The notes beneath the pieces were generated by a model. It ran no database searches. It was not told the DNA's origin and saw only the letters and a program-made list of their open reading frames with translations. Position numbers and translations under genes: made by a program. From NCBI GenBank assembly GCA_964655015.1, contig CAZZKR010000007.1:511-64510 (forward strand): 64,000 nt of DNA, in the 5' to 3' direction. Shown here piece after piece: positions 29,290 through 37,820 of this stretch (position 1 is its first letter; the number at the start of each line of letters is the position of its first letter). The stretch comes from an uncultured Nitrososphaeria archaeon (GTDB lineage Archaea > Thermoproteota > Nitrososphaeria_A > Caldarchaeales > Wolframiiraptoraceae).

Positions 29290-30021
29290 TTATATTCCCA
29301 AAAACTTTCTGAAGTTTTCAGCTACTATGTCTTCAACAACCTTCCTATCCATGCCCTTTACTTCGGCTATTATTTTCAATGAATTCTCTACCATTGGTGG
29401 CTCGAGTAGCACGCCTCTATATACATATGGTCCATCGCTTTCTGTTAATATTGAGCGTATATCCATTAGTCGAGCAACCTCTCTGTTTTTCTTTTGAATG
29501 GCCCCCATTGGGTTTATTGATACAAAGTAGCCGACTGACGAAATCTTTTCCAGCAGATTCAACGGGCCGGTATACCAATGAAAGAGTGCCCTAGGTACGT
29601 CATTTTTAAGGAGTATATCCAAAGCTTTCTGCCAGGCGTCAAGACAATGTAGGTTCATCGGTAGTGAATGCTCGGACGCCAGCTTAGCAAAAGTCTCGAA
29701 AACTTCTAACTGCCTATCAAAGGACGCTCTACCATAGCGTCTATCAAGACCAACTTCGCCGATGCACCTGACATCCTGCCTATCAATTAGCGTACAAACA
29801 TTTCTAATTTCCTCATCACTAACTTCTGAAAGCATCCAAGGATGAACTCCCACGGAGGGGAATACGTTATCAAATTTCTCACCCAATCTTAATGCTTCTA
29901 AACTCGTACGATAGTCCTCTGCGACCGCGATTATAGATATCGTTCTAAACCTTTCTGGGTCTTTAAAACCATAAAGATGAGCATGAGCATCTACTAACAA
30001 TTTTCTCGACATGTTATCCAA
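29290..30021 (-). CDS. tatD: TatD family nuclease/hydrolase
   Basis: DAHAH, GVHPW, IGEVGLD, LH, FHWY.G, LTESDGP. Confidence 0.92.
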   Translation of the reverse strand: MDNMSRKLLVDAHAHLYGFKDPERFRTISIIAVAEDYRTSLEALRLGEKFDNVFPSVGVHPWMLSEVSDEEIRNVCTLIDRQDVRCIGEVGLDRRYGRASFDRQLEVFETFAKLASEHSLPMNLHCLDAWQKALDILLKNDVPRALFHWYTGPLNLLEKISSVGYFVSINPMGAIQKKNREVARLMDIRSILTESDGPYVYRGVLLEPPMVENSLKIIAEVKGMDRKVVEDIVAENFRKFLGI

Positions 30022-30071
30022 AATAAACTTATATTTATACCGTGTGGTGATGGTTTTTTGTATAAAGTGTA

Positions 30072-30659
30072 TCAGCGATAGGATACGGCTTCGTTAAAAT
30101 CTTCGATGACTTTTTCGTCCTTTAACCTTTGAGCTGCCACTTCGCTGGCTTCCATCAGTATCTTTCTCACCTCTTCGTCATTGACACTTGGTTCAACTAT
30201 TGTATCGCTAACTGTTCCAATGCCATATATGGCATCCTCTACCGCCTCCTCTACTTCGCGTATGCTCCTCGAAGCATTCGGTAGTATTCCTGAGAGCTGA
30301 CCCTTAAGATCATCAAGCACGCCCTTGATCGGCGATATAACCTCGCGAAGCTCAGCTACATCATTAATCGTCTGGAGCCTATTAATTAACCCCTCAATGG
30401 AAAATTGGCTCTTCATAACAGTACTCATGGTCTTTCTCATATTTGATAACTCGTTTGCATAGACTATCGCCTTGTCTTTTTCGCTACTCATCAAAGACTT
30501 GACACAAGCCTCAAACAGTTCTTTACTCCTGGCCGAGTATTGATTTTGTCTTTGCTTAATTCTTTCACTTATCAGCGTAAGCTTCGTGGTAACTTCATTT
30601 AATTTATCTCTGAGGGGTTTTGGTGGGGGTTGTGACTTTTTACGTCTGAACAAATTCAT
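30072..30659 (-). CDS. cdvB: ESCRT-III / CdvB (Snf7) family protein
   Basis: LFE.CV..L......A..YANEL...RK......SQ..IE....RL.TI..V pattern; EEVRKIL.EA..VA C-terminal helix. Confidence 0.8.
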   Translation of the reverse strand: MNLFRRKKSQPPPKPLRDKLNEVTTKLTLISERIKQRQNQYSARSKELFEACVKSLMSSEKDKAIVYANELSNMRKTMSTVMKSQFSIEGLINRLQTINDVAELREVISPIKGVLDDLKGQLSGILPNASRSIREVEEAVEDAIYGIGTVSDTIVEPSVNDEEVRKILMEASEVAAQRLKDEKVIEDFNEAVSYR

Positions 30660-30761
30660 CAAGTTCACAAGTGTCCACACCTTAATGTTAGATTTAACGG
30701 TTTATGTGCAACGTCGCCACACATCTTATGCAGTAATATACGCAAAGAATTCATAGATACT

Positions 30762-32132
30762 CTAGTGACGCATCCCTTTTAGTACCCGTCTTACTATCTT
30801 CCAGACGCCGGAACCATACTGGATCGCTAACTTTGGCATGTTGATAACCTCCTCGGGCATACCGAGTAGCTTGGCCGCGACCCTTAAGATATGCTTTCGC
30901 GAATAACCCGTAACCTCTTTCTTAAGTTTTTCTTCAATAGGTATTCTGAAGGCACATTTGATAACTGCAGTATCAAGATATGGATAGACTGGTTCTACTG
31001 AGTTTGCAAGATACACATTATAATCTCGCTCTAAGTTCCTTTCATGTAGTTGTGAAAAATCTTTCAACAACTCCTCCCTGAGAAGTTTATAACCGCCTTT
31101 TTCCACAATCCTTTCATACCGTTTGTAACCTGCGAATATTTCATCAGCACCTTGGCCTACTAAAATGCGACTCAACTTTCTTTCTTTAGCCACTTCTAGA
31201 GCAAAATATAACGGTGCGCTAATAGAAACGTCAAGCGGGGCACGTCTCTCTATAATTTGAATGATATGCGGCAATGCTTCCTTAATTTCTTCTTCATCCA
31301 ACTCGCGTATGTTAACATGCAGCCCAAGCAACTCAGCAACTCTTTTTGCTCTCAAAACGTCCTTAGACATTGGAAGGCCAACACATAGAAGTTCCGGCTC
31401 TATACCTAAATCGTCTAGTATCTTTACTAAGATGGAGCTATCAAGTCCGCCTGAAAACAGTACGCCCACGTCCCTTCCTTTTACCATCTTCATGATGGAG
31501 CACCTCAAGGTTTTCAACAAAATCGATGCAATTTCTTGAGATGACCCAGTAAATGGTTGGAGTGTTCGAAGTTCTTCTGAGAGATTATAGGCCTCGTATT
31601 CTAGCAAACCGCTGCCATCTATAATGTTAAGATAGCCTGGTTTGAGTGATTTAATCTCTCGAAAACTGGCTGCTAAGAGTGCCTTCTGTTCAGTTGCAAA
31701 AGCATGACCTCTGTCATCCGATGCAATATAAAGCGGCCTGATTCCTACGGGGTCTCTCACGAGTATAACGCTATTATCATGCATTATGGCAAACGCATAG
31801 TTTCCATCTAGGTTTTTTATCTTGCTTGGTTCTCGAACTTTTATCAGGGAGAACAGTCCCTCACTTTTACACCGGCTTTCGAGATTATAGATTTCTCCGT
31901 CAAGCACAATAGCAGAATCTTGAAAAATTGAGAGAGTGGTCGAACATAGACACGTCTTTCCCTTCAATGCTATGCGGCCCAGCCCCTCAATTTCTTTTAC
32001 GTGGAAAAGATTACCGTCCACCCATAGGCTAAAGTCTGACCATCGATAACTAGTCGCCTTTAACATCCTTAAGGTTATGTCTACGACATCGACATCCTTC
32101 TTACCCACGAAACCTAAAAAAGGATTGAGCAG
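30762..32132 (-). CDS. Asparagine-synthase (AsnB)-like ATP pyrophosphatase lacking the N-terminal Cys
   Basis: DGEIYN, RDPVGIRPLY, LFSGGLDSS PP-loop, GQGADEIFAGY, P.LD. Start uncertain (CTG 32132 or GTG 32108). Confidence 0.8.
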   Translation of the reverse strand: MLNPFLGFVGKKDVDVVDITLRMLKATSYRWSDFSLWVDGNLFHVKEIEGLGRIALKGKTCLCSTTLSIFQDSAIVLDGEIYNLESRCKSEGLFSLIKVREPSKIKNLDGNYAFAIMHDNSVILVRDPVGIRPLYIASDDRGHAFATEQKALLAASFREIKSLKPGYLNIIDGSGLLEYEAYNLSEELRTLQPFTGSSQEIASILLKTLRCSIMKMVKGRDVGVLFSGGLDSSILVKILDDLGIEPELLCVGLPMSKDVLRAKRVAELLGLHVNIRELDEEEIKEALPHIIQIIERRAPLDVSISAPLYFALEVAKERKLSRILVGQGADEIFAGYKRYERIVEKGGYKLLREELLKDFSQLHERNLERDYNVYLANSVEPVYPYLDTAVIKCAFRIPIEEKLKKEVTGYSRKHILRVAAKLLGMPEEVINMPKLAIQYGSGVWKIVRRVLKGMRH

Positions 32133-32181
32133 ATCCTTCCCTCCAAGTTTTCGATAACATGAACTCTTTGCTGTTTACAAT

Positions 32182-32589
32182 CTAATAAATACCTACAACA
32201 CCGAGCGTTTGGTATCTCCTAAGAAACTCAATAACGAATGGCCTGTACGTGTAATAACCTTCGGCCGATTTATGTATGGTGGACAGGCCCAATGCCAATC
32301 TGAATGCCTCTGCTTCGTTCTTATCGCCCTTGATTATGTAAACTCCCTCCCCCAACTCTCTCCGTTTAATAAAAATTAGTGGAAGGGAAACGTCAAACCC
32401 TTTAGGAAGGGTCTTCTTAAACTCTTCCAACTCTCGTTTGTCAAAGTAATGCATTGTTCCGCCTACGGTCCTTACACAGGGCTCCTCTAAGTTCAAAAGG
32501 ACACTAAGGGGGACGGTATGGGCGGGTAACGACATGTTAACAATTCTAAGCTCATGCTTAAGCCACTCATCTAAGTCATCTGGGAACAT
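32182..32589 (-). CDS. DUF61 (UPF0216) family protein
   Basis: E...VN..LP.....L..LL....P.V....G..HYFD..ELE...LPL.F pattern. Confidence 0.75.
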   Translation of the reverse strand: MFPDDLDEWLKHELRIVNMSLPAHTVPLSVLLNLEEPCVRTVGGTMHYFDKRELEEFKKTLPKGFDVSLPLIFIKRRELGEGVYIIKGDKNEAEAFRLALGLSTIHKSAEGYYTYRPFVIEFLRRYQTLGVVGIY

Positions 32590-32645
32590 TTGTTTTCACA
32601 TACTTTTTGTCCATACTGTTCATTATAAGCTTACTACGACGTTGA

Positions 32646-32719
32646 TGGGGCCGCTGGGATTCGAACCCAGGACCTCGCGGGCCCGAGCCGCGAATCATAC
32701 CATGCTAGACTACGGCCCC
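32646..32719 (-). tRNA. tRNA-Pro (anticodon CGG), intronless, CCA not encoded
   Basis: Reverse complement folds: acceptor GGGGCCG/CGGCCCC, anticodon stem CGCGG/CCGCG with loop CT-CGG-GC, T arm CTGGG-TTCGAAT-CCCAG. Confidence 0.95.
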
Positions 32720-32765
32720 CTTACTAATCCAATTAGCTAACTAAAAGTTAAGTTTTCTGCCAAAT

Positions 32766-33272
32766 TTAGATCTTAAGTGTAAAACACGTGTACGTTGATG
32801 TAAGATTGACCTCTGTAAGTAACCAAAGTCTTTTGAAGACCCTTTCAAAATAATCCTCCCTTGCCTCCTCCCTGACCGAAATTACAACATCGTACATACC
32901 AAAGAGTTGATGTGCCTCCATTACATCTTCTATGCTTTTTAAGAAGGTATCCCAGAGCCTTGGTGCCGCAGGTCTCCTCAACTTCATAAATATATAGGCA
33001 CACTTCCTTATCTTATCTATGTCTTTTACCTCAAACGTCAGCCCGCCCTCTTCATTAACTATTAATGTGTTGGTGTCAATGACTTCGCTATCGTGAAGCA
33101 AATCCAGCACGGTGTTCAGTTGCCCTAATGAGGAAACCTCTACCTTACAAATCATGTCGTACGGTCCCCATATTAGATAAGCCTCTCTCACAAGACCTGA
33201 ATCCCTTACCGTCTTTAAGCTGTCTACGAGCGCGCTTCTTGTGCTTACAGACCCCAGAATGAACGCTTTCAT
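32766..33272 (-). CDS. Tandem Lrp/AsnC ligand-binding (RAM) domain protein without HTH
   Basis: Two repeats of A(F/Y)I....V.EA....G.YD...V; no N-terminal HTH. Confidence 0.7.
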   Translation of the reverse strand: MKAFILGSVSTRSALVDSLKTVRDSGLVREAYLIWGPYDMICKVEVSSLGQLNTVLDLLHDSEVIDTNTLIVNEEGGLTFEVKDIDKIRKCAYIFMKLRRPAAPRLWDTFLKSIEDVMEAHQLFGMYDVVISVREEAREDYFERVFKRLWLLTEVNLTSTYTCFTLKI

Positions 33273-33316
33273 GACAACTTAATCTTTTAAAGTATTATTT
33301 AATTTTCACCTTAAAG

Positions 33317-34081
33317 TTAGGTGGTCTCTATCCTAGGAGCTATTAGGTAGCCTAGCTTCCCTGATGGTATAGGAAAACTAAACTTGATAGGCTTGTTTGT
33401 CGAAAGCTCGATAGTGAGCTCTTCAGATAAGGTTTTAGCGGCTTTGATTATTTTCTCGACGTAATTTATACTAAAGTTAGCCCACACCTCTTTGTCAGCC
33501 TTTATCTCGTATACGGCAGTACTGGATTTACTCAGCTTTGTTTGAACGACCCCTACTTCACCTTTGGCCGAAAGTATGACAGCATCGGGGCTTATGGTGA
33601 ACTTGACGTAATCGCTTACTAAACTGCTATCTTCTATCGCATCAGCTATTGCATCTGTGTTAACTCTTGCAGCCGCCTCAAAGGTTAGGTTCGGGACTGC
33701 TGTTCTAGAGGTTACCGGCTCCAAAGTATTCATCGTGAAACTCCTCTCTTTTGAGCCAGCAACATCGCTTAATACAATTGTCAGTTTTTTCTTATCATTG
33801 TCGTACAATAGCGTTATGTTCTCACTCTTCTTAGCCCTCTTCAAGAATTTCAAAAGCTCAGTTATGCTAACGGTTATATTCATAGGTCCCGAACATACGT
33901 ATTCTTCAGCCGCACTCTTATCTAACTCGAAGTCGACCAATGATATGTGCGCAGGGTCCATTGAGACCATCTTTATGGAGTTTTCGTCTACTACAAAAGT
34001 ACCTTCCTCCACAACCGCGGATATCGCCTTAATCAGGTCCGCGAAATAATCAGCATTGGGTAAACGCATTCTAAACGACAT
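33317..34081 (-). CDS. pcn: DNA sliding clamp PCNA
   Basis: LIKAIS..VEEG.F...MDPAHISLVD...FS..Y...K...L....PI...F....G.L.Y.IAPRIE. Confidence 0.96.
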   Translation of the reverse strand: MSFRMRLPNADYFADLIKAISAVVEEGTFVVDENSIKMVSMDPAHISLVDFELDKSAAEEYVCSGPMNITVSITELLKFLKRAKKSENITLLYDNDKKKLTIVLSDVAGSKERSFTMNTLEPVTSRTAVPNLTFEAAARVNTDAIADAIEDSSLVSDYVKFTISPDAVILSAKGEVGVVQTKLSKSSTAVYEIKADKEVWANFSINYVEKIIKAAKTLSEELTIELSTNKPIKFSFPIPSGKLGYLIAPRIETT

Positions 34082-34251
34082 CAAAATTATTTAATATATC
34101 GTAATGTATAAGGATTTCCTGCATTCTAAATTTAAACATTCTAAGCATAATACTAACGAACAAAAAGACAAGGATGCGGTCTTGTACAAAACAGTTAGTC
34201 CAAAAGTGATTGTTACAAAAGATTTAAATCAAAAATTTTCTCGTAAAAATT

Positions 34252-35325
34252 ATGAAGCAGATGAGTGAGCAGCATTACCTTCGTGAACCCATTAGACCCA
34301 TCAGGCTTGATGAAAACATTAATCTTGCGGGTTTGATCGAGCAATTTAGATATACGTCCTATCAAAGTAGGAATCTTTACAATGCTTTTCATGTAATGGA
34401 GCTCATGCAGACGGATCCAGAGAGGCCGATAGTCTTTTTGACACTTGCGGGCGCGATGATTCCGGCCGGTATGAAGGGTGTATTGAACGAGATGATGAAA
34501 AGGAAGATGGTGGATGTAATAATATCTACCGGTGCGAACGTAACGCACGACGTGGTCGAGAGTCTCGGCTTTCCACACTATAAAGGATCACCTTATGTCG
34601 ATGATGAAGAGCTAAGGAAGGCTGGGATATGTAGAATTTATGACACGTTCCTTCAAGAAGATGGTTTCTGGAAAGAACAAGAAGTTGTCCTCAAGGTTGC
34701 AGAGAGAATCGGAGATAAGGTTTGTTCCAGTCGAGAATTTATTTACGAACTCGGAAAGGAACTCAGAAACCGTGACTCATTCGTAGGTTTAGCGGCCGAG
34801 CTTGGTGTGCCTGTATTCTGCCCGGCATTGAATGACAGCGATATAGGTATAGCGCTCACAAAATACTACGAAGAAAGACACGGCAAAGATGGATTTAGGA
34901 TAGATCCAATCAGAGACAATTATGAAATATTTCAAATATTCGTAAAGGCAAAGAAGACCGGTATAATAATAGTCGGTGGTGGAGTCCCGCGAAATTATGG
35001 ACAGCAGATACCAGTCATAGCGGAGGTTTTACTAAAAAAACCGGCCAAGCTTAACATGAAGCTCGGACACGAGTATGGTATACTCATAACCACTGATGAT
35101 CCAAAATGGGGCGGACTTAGCGGTAGCACTTTCTCAGAAGCAATATCATGGGGTAAATATTCAACCGAGGCACGTAAGGCAGAGGTTTATTGTGATGCGA
35201 CAATAGCCCTCCCACTTATAGTGGGTGCTATTATTCAAAAGATCGGCAAACAATTGGATACTAAACCAAGATGTAAGTTTATTTGGGAAGGTGACGTGCT
35301 TAAGGAGATAAAGTTTGAGAAGTAA
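34252..35325 (+). CDS. dys: Deoxyhypusine synthase
   Basis: LAGAM.PAG...ISTGAN..HD...PVFCPA..DS.IG...GGGVPRN...GGLSGST.SEAISWGK. Confidence 0.93.
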   Translation: MKQMSEQHYLREPIRPIRLDENINLAGLIEQFRYTSYQSRNLYNAFHVMELMQTDPERPIVFLTLAGAMIPAGMKGVLNEMMKRKMVDVIISTGANVTHDVVESLGFPHYKGSPYVDDEELRKAGICRIYDTFLQEDGFWKEQEVVLKVAERIGDKVCSSREFIYELGKELRNRDSFVGLAAELGVPVFCPALNDSDIGIALTKYYEERHGKDGFRIDPIRDNYEIFQIFVKAKKTGIIIVGGGVPRNYGQQIPVIAEVLLKKPAKLNMKLGHEYGILITTDDPKWGGLSGSTFSEAISWGKYSTEARKAEVYCDATIALPLIVGAIIQKIGKQLDTKPRCKFIWEGDVLKEIKFEK

Positions 35326-35480
35326 TTGATGAATGGCCAAACGTTATAGGACATCTCTCGGTAATTTTTGGATATTTTTGGTGTAAGTAGTTCGATAATT
35401 CAGCGGTATAATGCATAGTTTTATGAAGGTGTTATATGATGAATGGTTATTACCATCTACATGATTAAATAAGTTACCTC

Positions 35481-35903
35481 ATGAGCTTCAACAGACGTAG
35501 GGTTAAGCTGGAACTGTTTGACGAGAACGGAGATAAGGTTACGTTGATATTTGAGGGTAGGTTGACAAGAGATAAGATAATTCAACTCGCCGACTTCATA
35601 GAACTTTATGGTGGCGCTGAGGTTGCTCAACCGCAAGTTGTTGAGGGGAGCAAGCTTGTTAAAGTCATCAGACTCATTGAGCGGTACTTCCCATTTAGCT
35701 ACTTTTCTTCAAAAGAGATCCAGAGACTCTACGAGGCTGAGTACAGAGAGCCTATAAGCTTGAGCACGGCTTCGACGTATCTTTCGCGCCTAGCTAACAG
35801 AGGCATACTCGAAAGGGTTGGAGGAGGGAATCAGGTCAAATATAGGTTGCTTAGACCTTTACGCTCAGAGATAGGTGATGTTGAAACTGAAGAGTCGCCG
35901 TGA
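35481..35903 (+). CDS. Uncharacterised protein with C-terminal winged-helix domain
   Basis: FSS.EI...YE..Y.EPISLST.STYLSRL...G.L.R.G.....Y wHTH; small N-terminal beta domain. Confidence 0.7.
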   Translation: MSFNRRRVKLELFDENGDKVTLIFEGRLTRDKIIQLADFIELYGGAEVAQPQVVEGSKLVKVIRLIERYFPFSYFSSKEIQRLYEAEYREPISLSTASTYLSRLANRGILERVGGGNQVKYRLLRPLRSEIGDVETEESP

Positions 35904-35908
35904 TGTTA

Positions 35909-36589
35909 TCATGAAAATTTAGAGACCATCTCCCTGCAGAATGTTATTAGCTCTGTCAACGACTCAAAGGCCCTCCCTACGTCGCTGGGCTTTATCACAA
36001 TTATAGTGTCCGTGTAGCAACTAATTACCTCATCAATATTTATGCCCCTCCTCGATACTTGTTGTAAGATTGTTGCTATACATCCAGGGGTGCTAGATAT
36101 TTCCTTTGGACTCTTTACTATTATTGCTGCCATGTTTGCACTTTCGTAAATTATGTCTTTTGAAGGGAATTTAGAAACGATCTTTTCATGTAAGCTACTA
36201 TCGTACACTAGTGTGATCGTAGATAACCCCTCGAGAACCTGAACGAAACCTTTTTGATATCTAGACACGATACTCCTTGAAGCTTTAAGGAGTTTTGTAC
36301 TCCTCTTTAACGAGAGTCTTGCAACATCTGTCCTAACGTTGACCGTACTTTTTGCTATAATGTATGCAACATTAGGTGTTATCATGTTATAAGTTCCCCT
36401 TAACCTTTTTAACGTCGTAATTATAGTGTCTAAGCTAACCTCATCTCCGACCAACTTCTCAACTGTGGGTTTCAGAAGTCTTGCCATAGCAGATAAGTTT
36501 GCATAACCCCTTTGGAGGCTATCCTGGAGCGGTACGTCAACATCAATTAGGTATCTAACGACCTGAGCTATTGACCTATTTTGGTACAT
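35909..36589 (-). CDS. ACT-domain-containing protein
   Basis: N-terminal helical part (N.SA.AR.L) and C-terminal ACT (TPG......L....INI.E..SCYTDT..V); ATG at 36589. Confidence 0.75.
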   Translation of the reverse strand: MYQNRSIAQVVRYLIDVDVPLQDSLQRGYANLSAMARLLKPTVEKLVGDEVSLDTIITTLKRLRGTYNMITPNVAYIIAKSTVNVRTDVARLSLKRSTKLLKASRSIVSRYQKGFVQVLEGLSTITLVYDSSLHEKIVSKFPSKDIIYESANMAAIIVKSPKEISSTPGCIATILQQVSRRGINIDEVISCYTDTIIVIKPSDVGRAFESLTELITFCREMVSKFS

Positions 36590-36716
36590 ATTTGTCCTAA
36601 TTTTACCAAAATTGGGCATAATATATATTACGTGCCGTATTTTCCAGGATAGAAGGGTGTAATTATAACAAGCTGGCAAAATGCCCCTTCAGACCCGTTA
36701 CCCGAGGTGAAGGACA

Positions 36717-37820
36717 ACGTCACACAATAGGAAAAAAGCTCTACTAGTGCTTGAAGACGGAACAGTCCTACGTGGTGATGGGTTTGGAGCTTTAGGCGAG
36801 GCAATGGGCGAACTGGTTTTTAATACCAGTATGACAGGTTACGTGGAGGCATTAACAGACCCATCCTACGCTGGACAAATTTTGATGATGACTTATCCGC
36901 TTATCGGGAATTATGGTGTTTGTGATGAAGACTATGAATCAGATGGAATAAAAGTGGAAGGGTTCGTGGTTAGGGAGTTGTGCGAGACGCCCAGCAATTG
37001 GCGTTCAAAGAAGTCTTTATCGGAATTTTTAGAGGAGTACGGCGTTCCGGGAATTCAAGGTGTCGATACACGGATGCTTACAAGAAAAATTAGGATTTAT
37101 GGAACGATGAAAAGCACGCTTATAGTCTATGAGGGGAACGACGAGCCCAACATCGATGAAGTGATCGAGAAGACAAAGGCACAACCAGCAATAACTGAGT
37201 TGGACCTCGTAAACAAAGTTTCAGTTTCTAAGCCGACATTTATAGAGGGTGACAATGATTTGAACGTTGTTTTAATCGACTGCGGAGTTAAGTGGAGTAT
37301 AATAAGACTCCTCAAGAAAAATACAAACATAATTCTCGTGCCTTATAACACTCCAGCAAAAAAGATACTTGAATACGACCCTGATGGAGTTTTGATATCA
37401 AACGGTCCTGGAGACCCAATTAGGGTAAAAGAGACCATAAACACTGCAAAAGAATTGGTGGGGAAGGTAGTTCTTTTCGGCATCTGCCTCGGACATCAGA
37501 TAATATCGTTGGCCCTTGGTGCGAAGACATTCAAACTGAAGTTCGGTCATAGAGGTGCAAACCAACCGGTAAAAGATTTTGAAACTGGGAGAGTCTTTAT
37601 ATCGACTCAAAATCATGGTTTCGCGGTTACCAAAGAATCCCTCAAGGATGCTGGGCTGATTCTTACACAGATTAACCTAAATGATTACACGGTCGAAGGT
37701 GTGAAACATAAAGAGTTACCAATAAAGTCAGTCCAGTATCATCCTGAAGGAGGTCCCGGTCCTCATGACACGTATTTCTTCTTTGATGATTTTGTAAAAA
37801 CGATGAAGGAGTATAGATGA
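36717..37820 (+). CDS. carA: Carbamoyl-phosphate synthase small subunit
   Basis: [52 protein letters not shown]; start ambiguous (ACG 36717 or GTG 36747). Confidence 0.96.
   Translation, partial: TSHNRKKALLVLEDGTVLRGDGFGALGEAMGELVFNTSMTGYVEALTDPSYAGQILMMTYPLIGNYGVCDEDYESDGIKVEGFVVRELCETPSNWRSKKSLSEFLEEYGVPGIQGVDTRMLTRKIRIYGTMKSTLIVYEGNDEPNIDEVIEKTKAQPAITELDLVNKVSVSKPTFIEGDNDLNVVLIDCGVKWSIIRLLKKNTNIILVPYNTPAKKILEYDPDGVLISNGPGDPIRVKETINTAKELVGKVVLFGICLGHQIISLALGAKTFKLKFGHRGANQPVKDFETGRVFISTQNHGFAVTKESLKDAGLILTQINLNDYTVEGVKHKELPIKSVQYHPEGGPGPHDTYFFFDDFVKTMKEYR

Noticed and set aside
32646-32719. tRNA-Pro as an integration site
   Set aside because: No second copy of the tRNA 3' end and no integrase seen in the window.
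36708-36710. Selenocysteine recoding of the in-frame TGA before carA
   Set aside because: The position is outside the conserved domain, no Cys is expected there, and no SECIS-like hairpin is evident.
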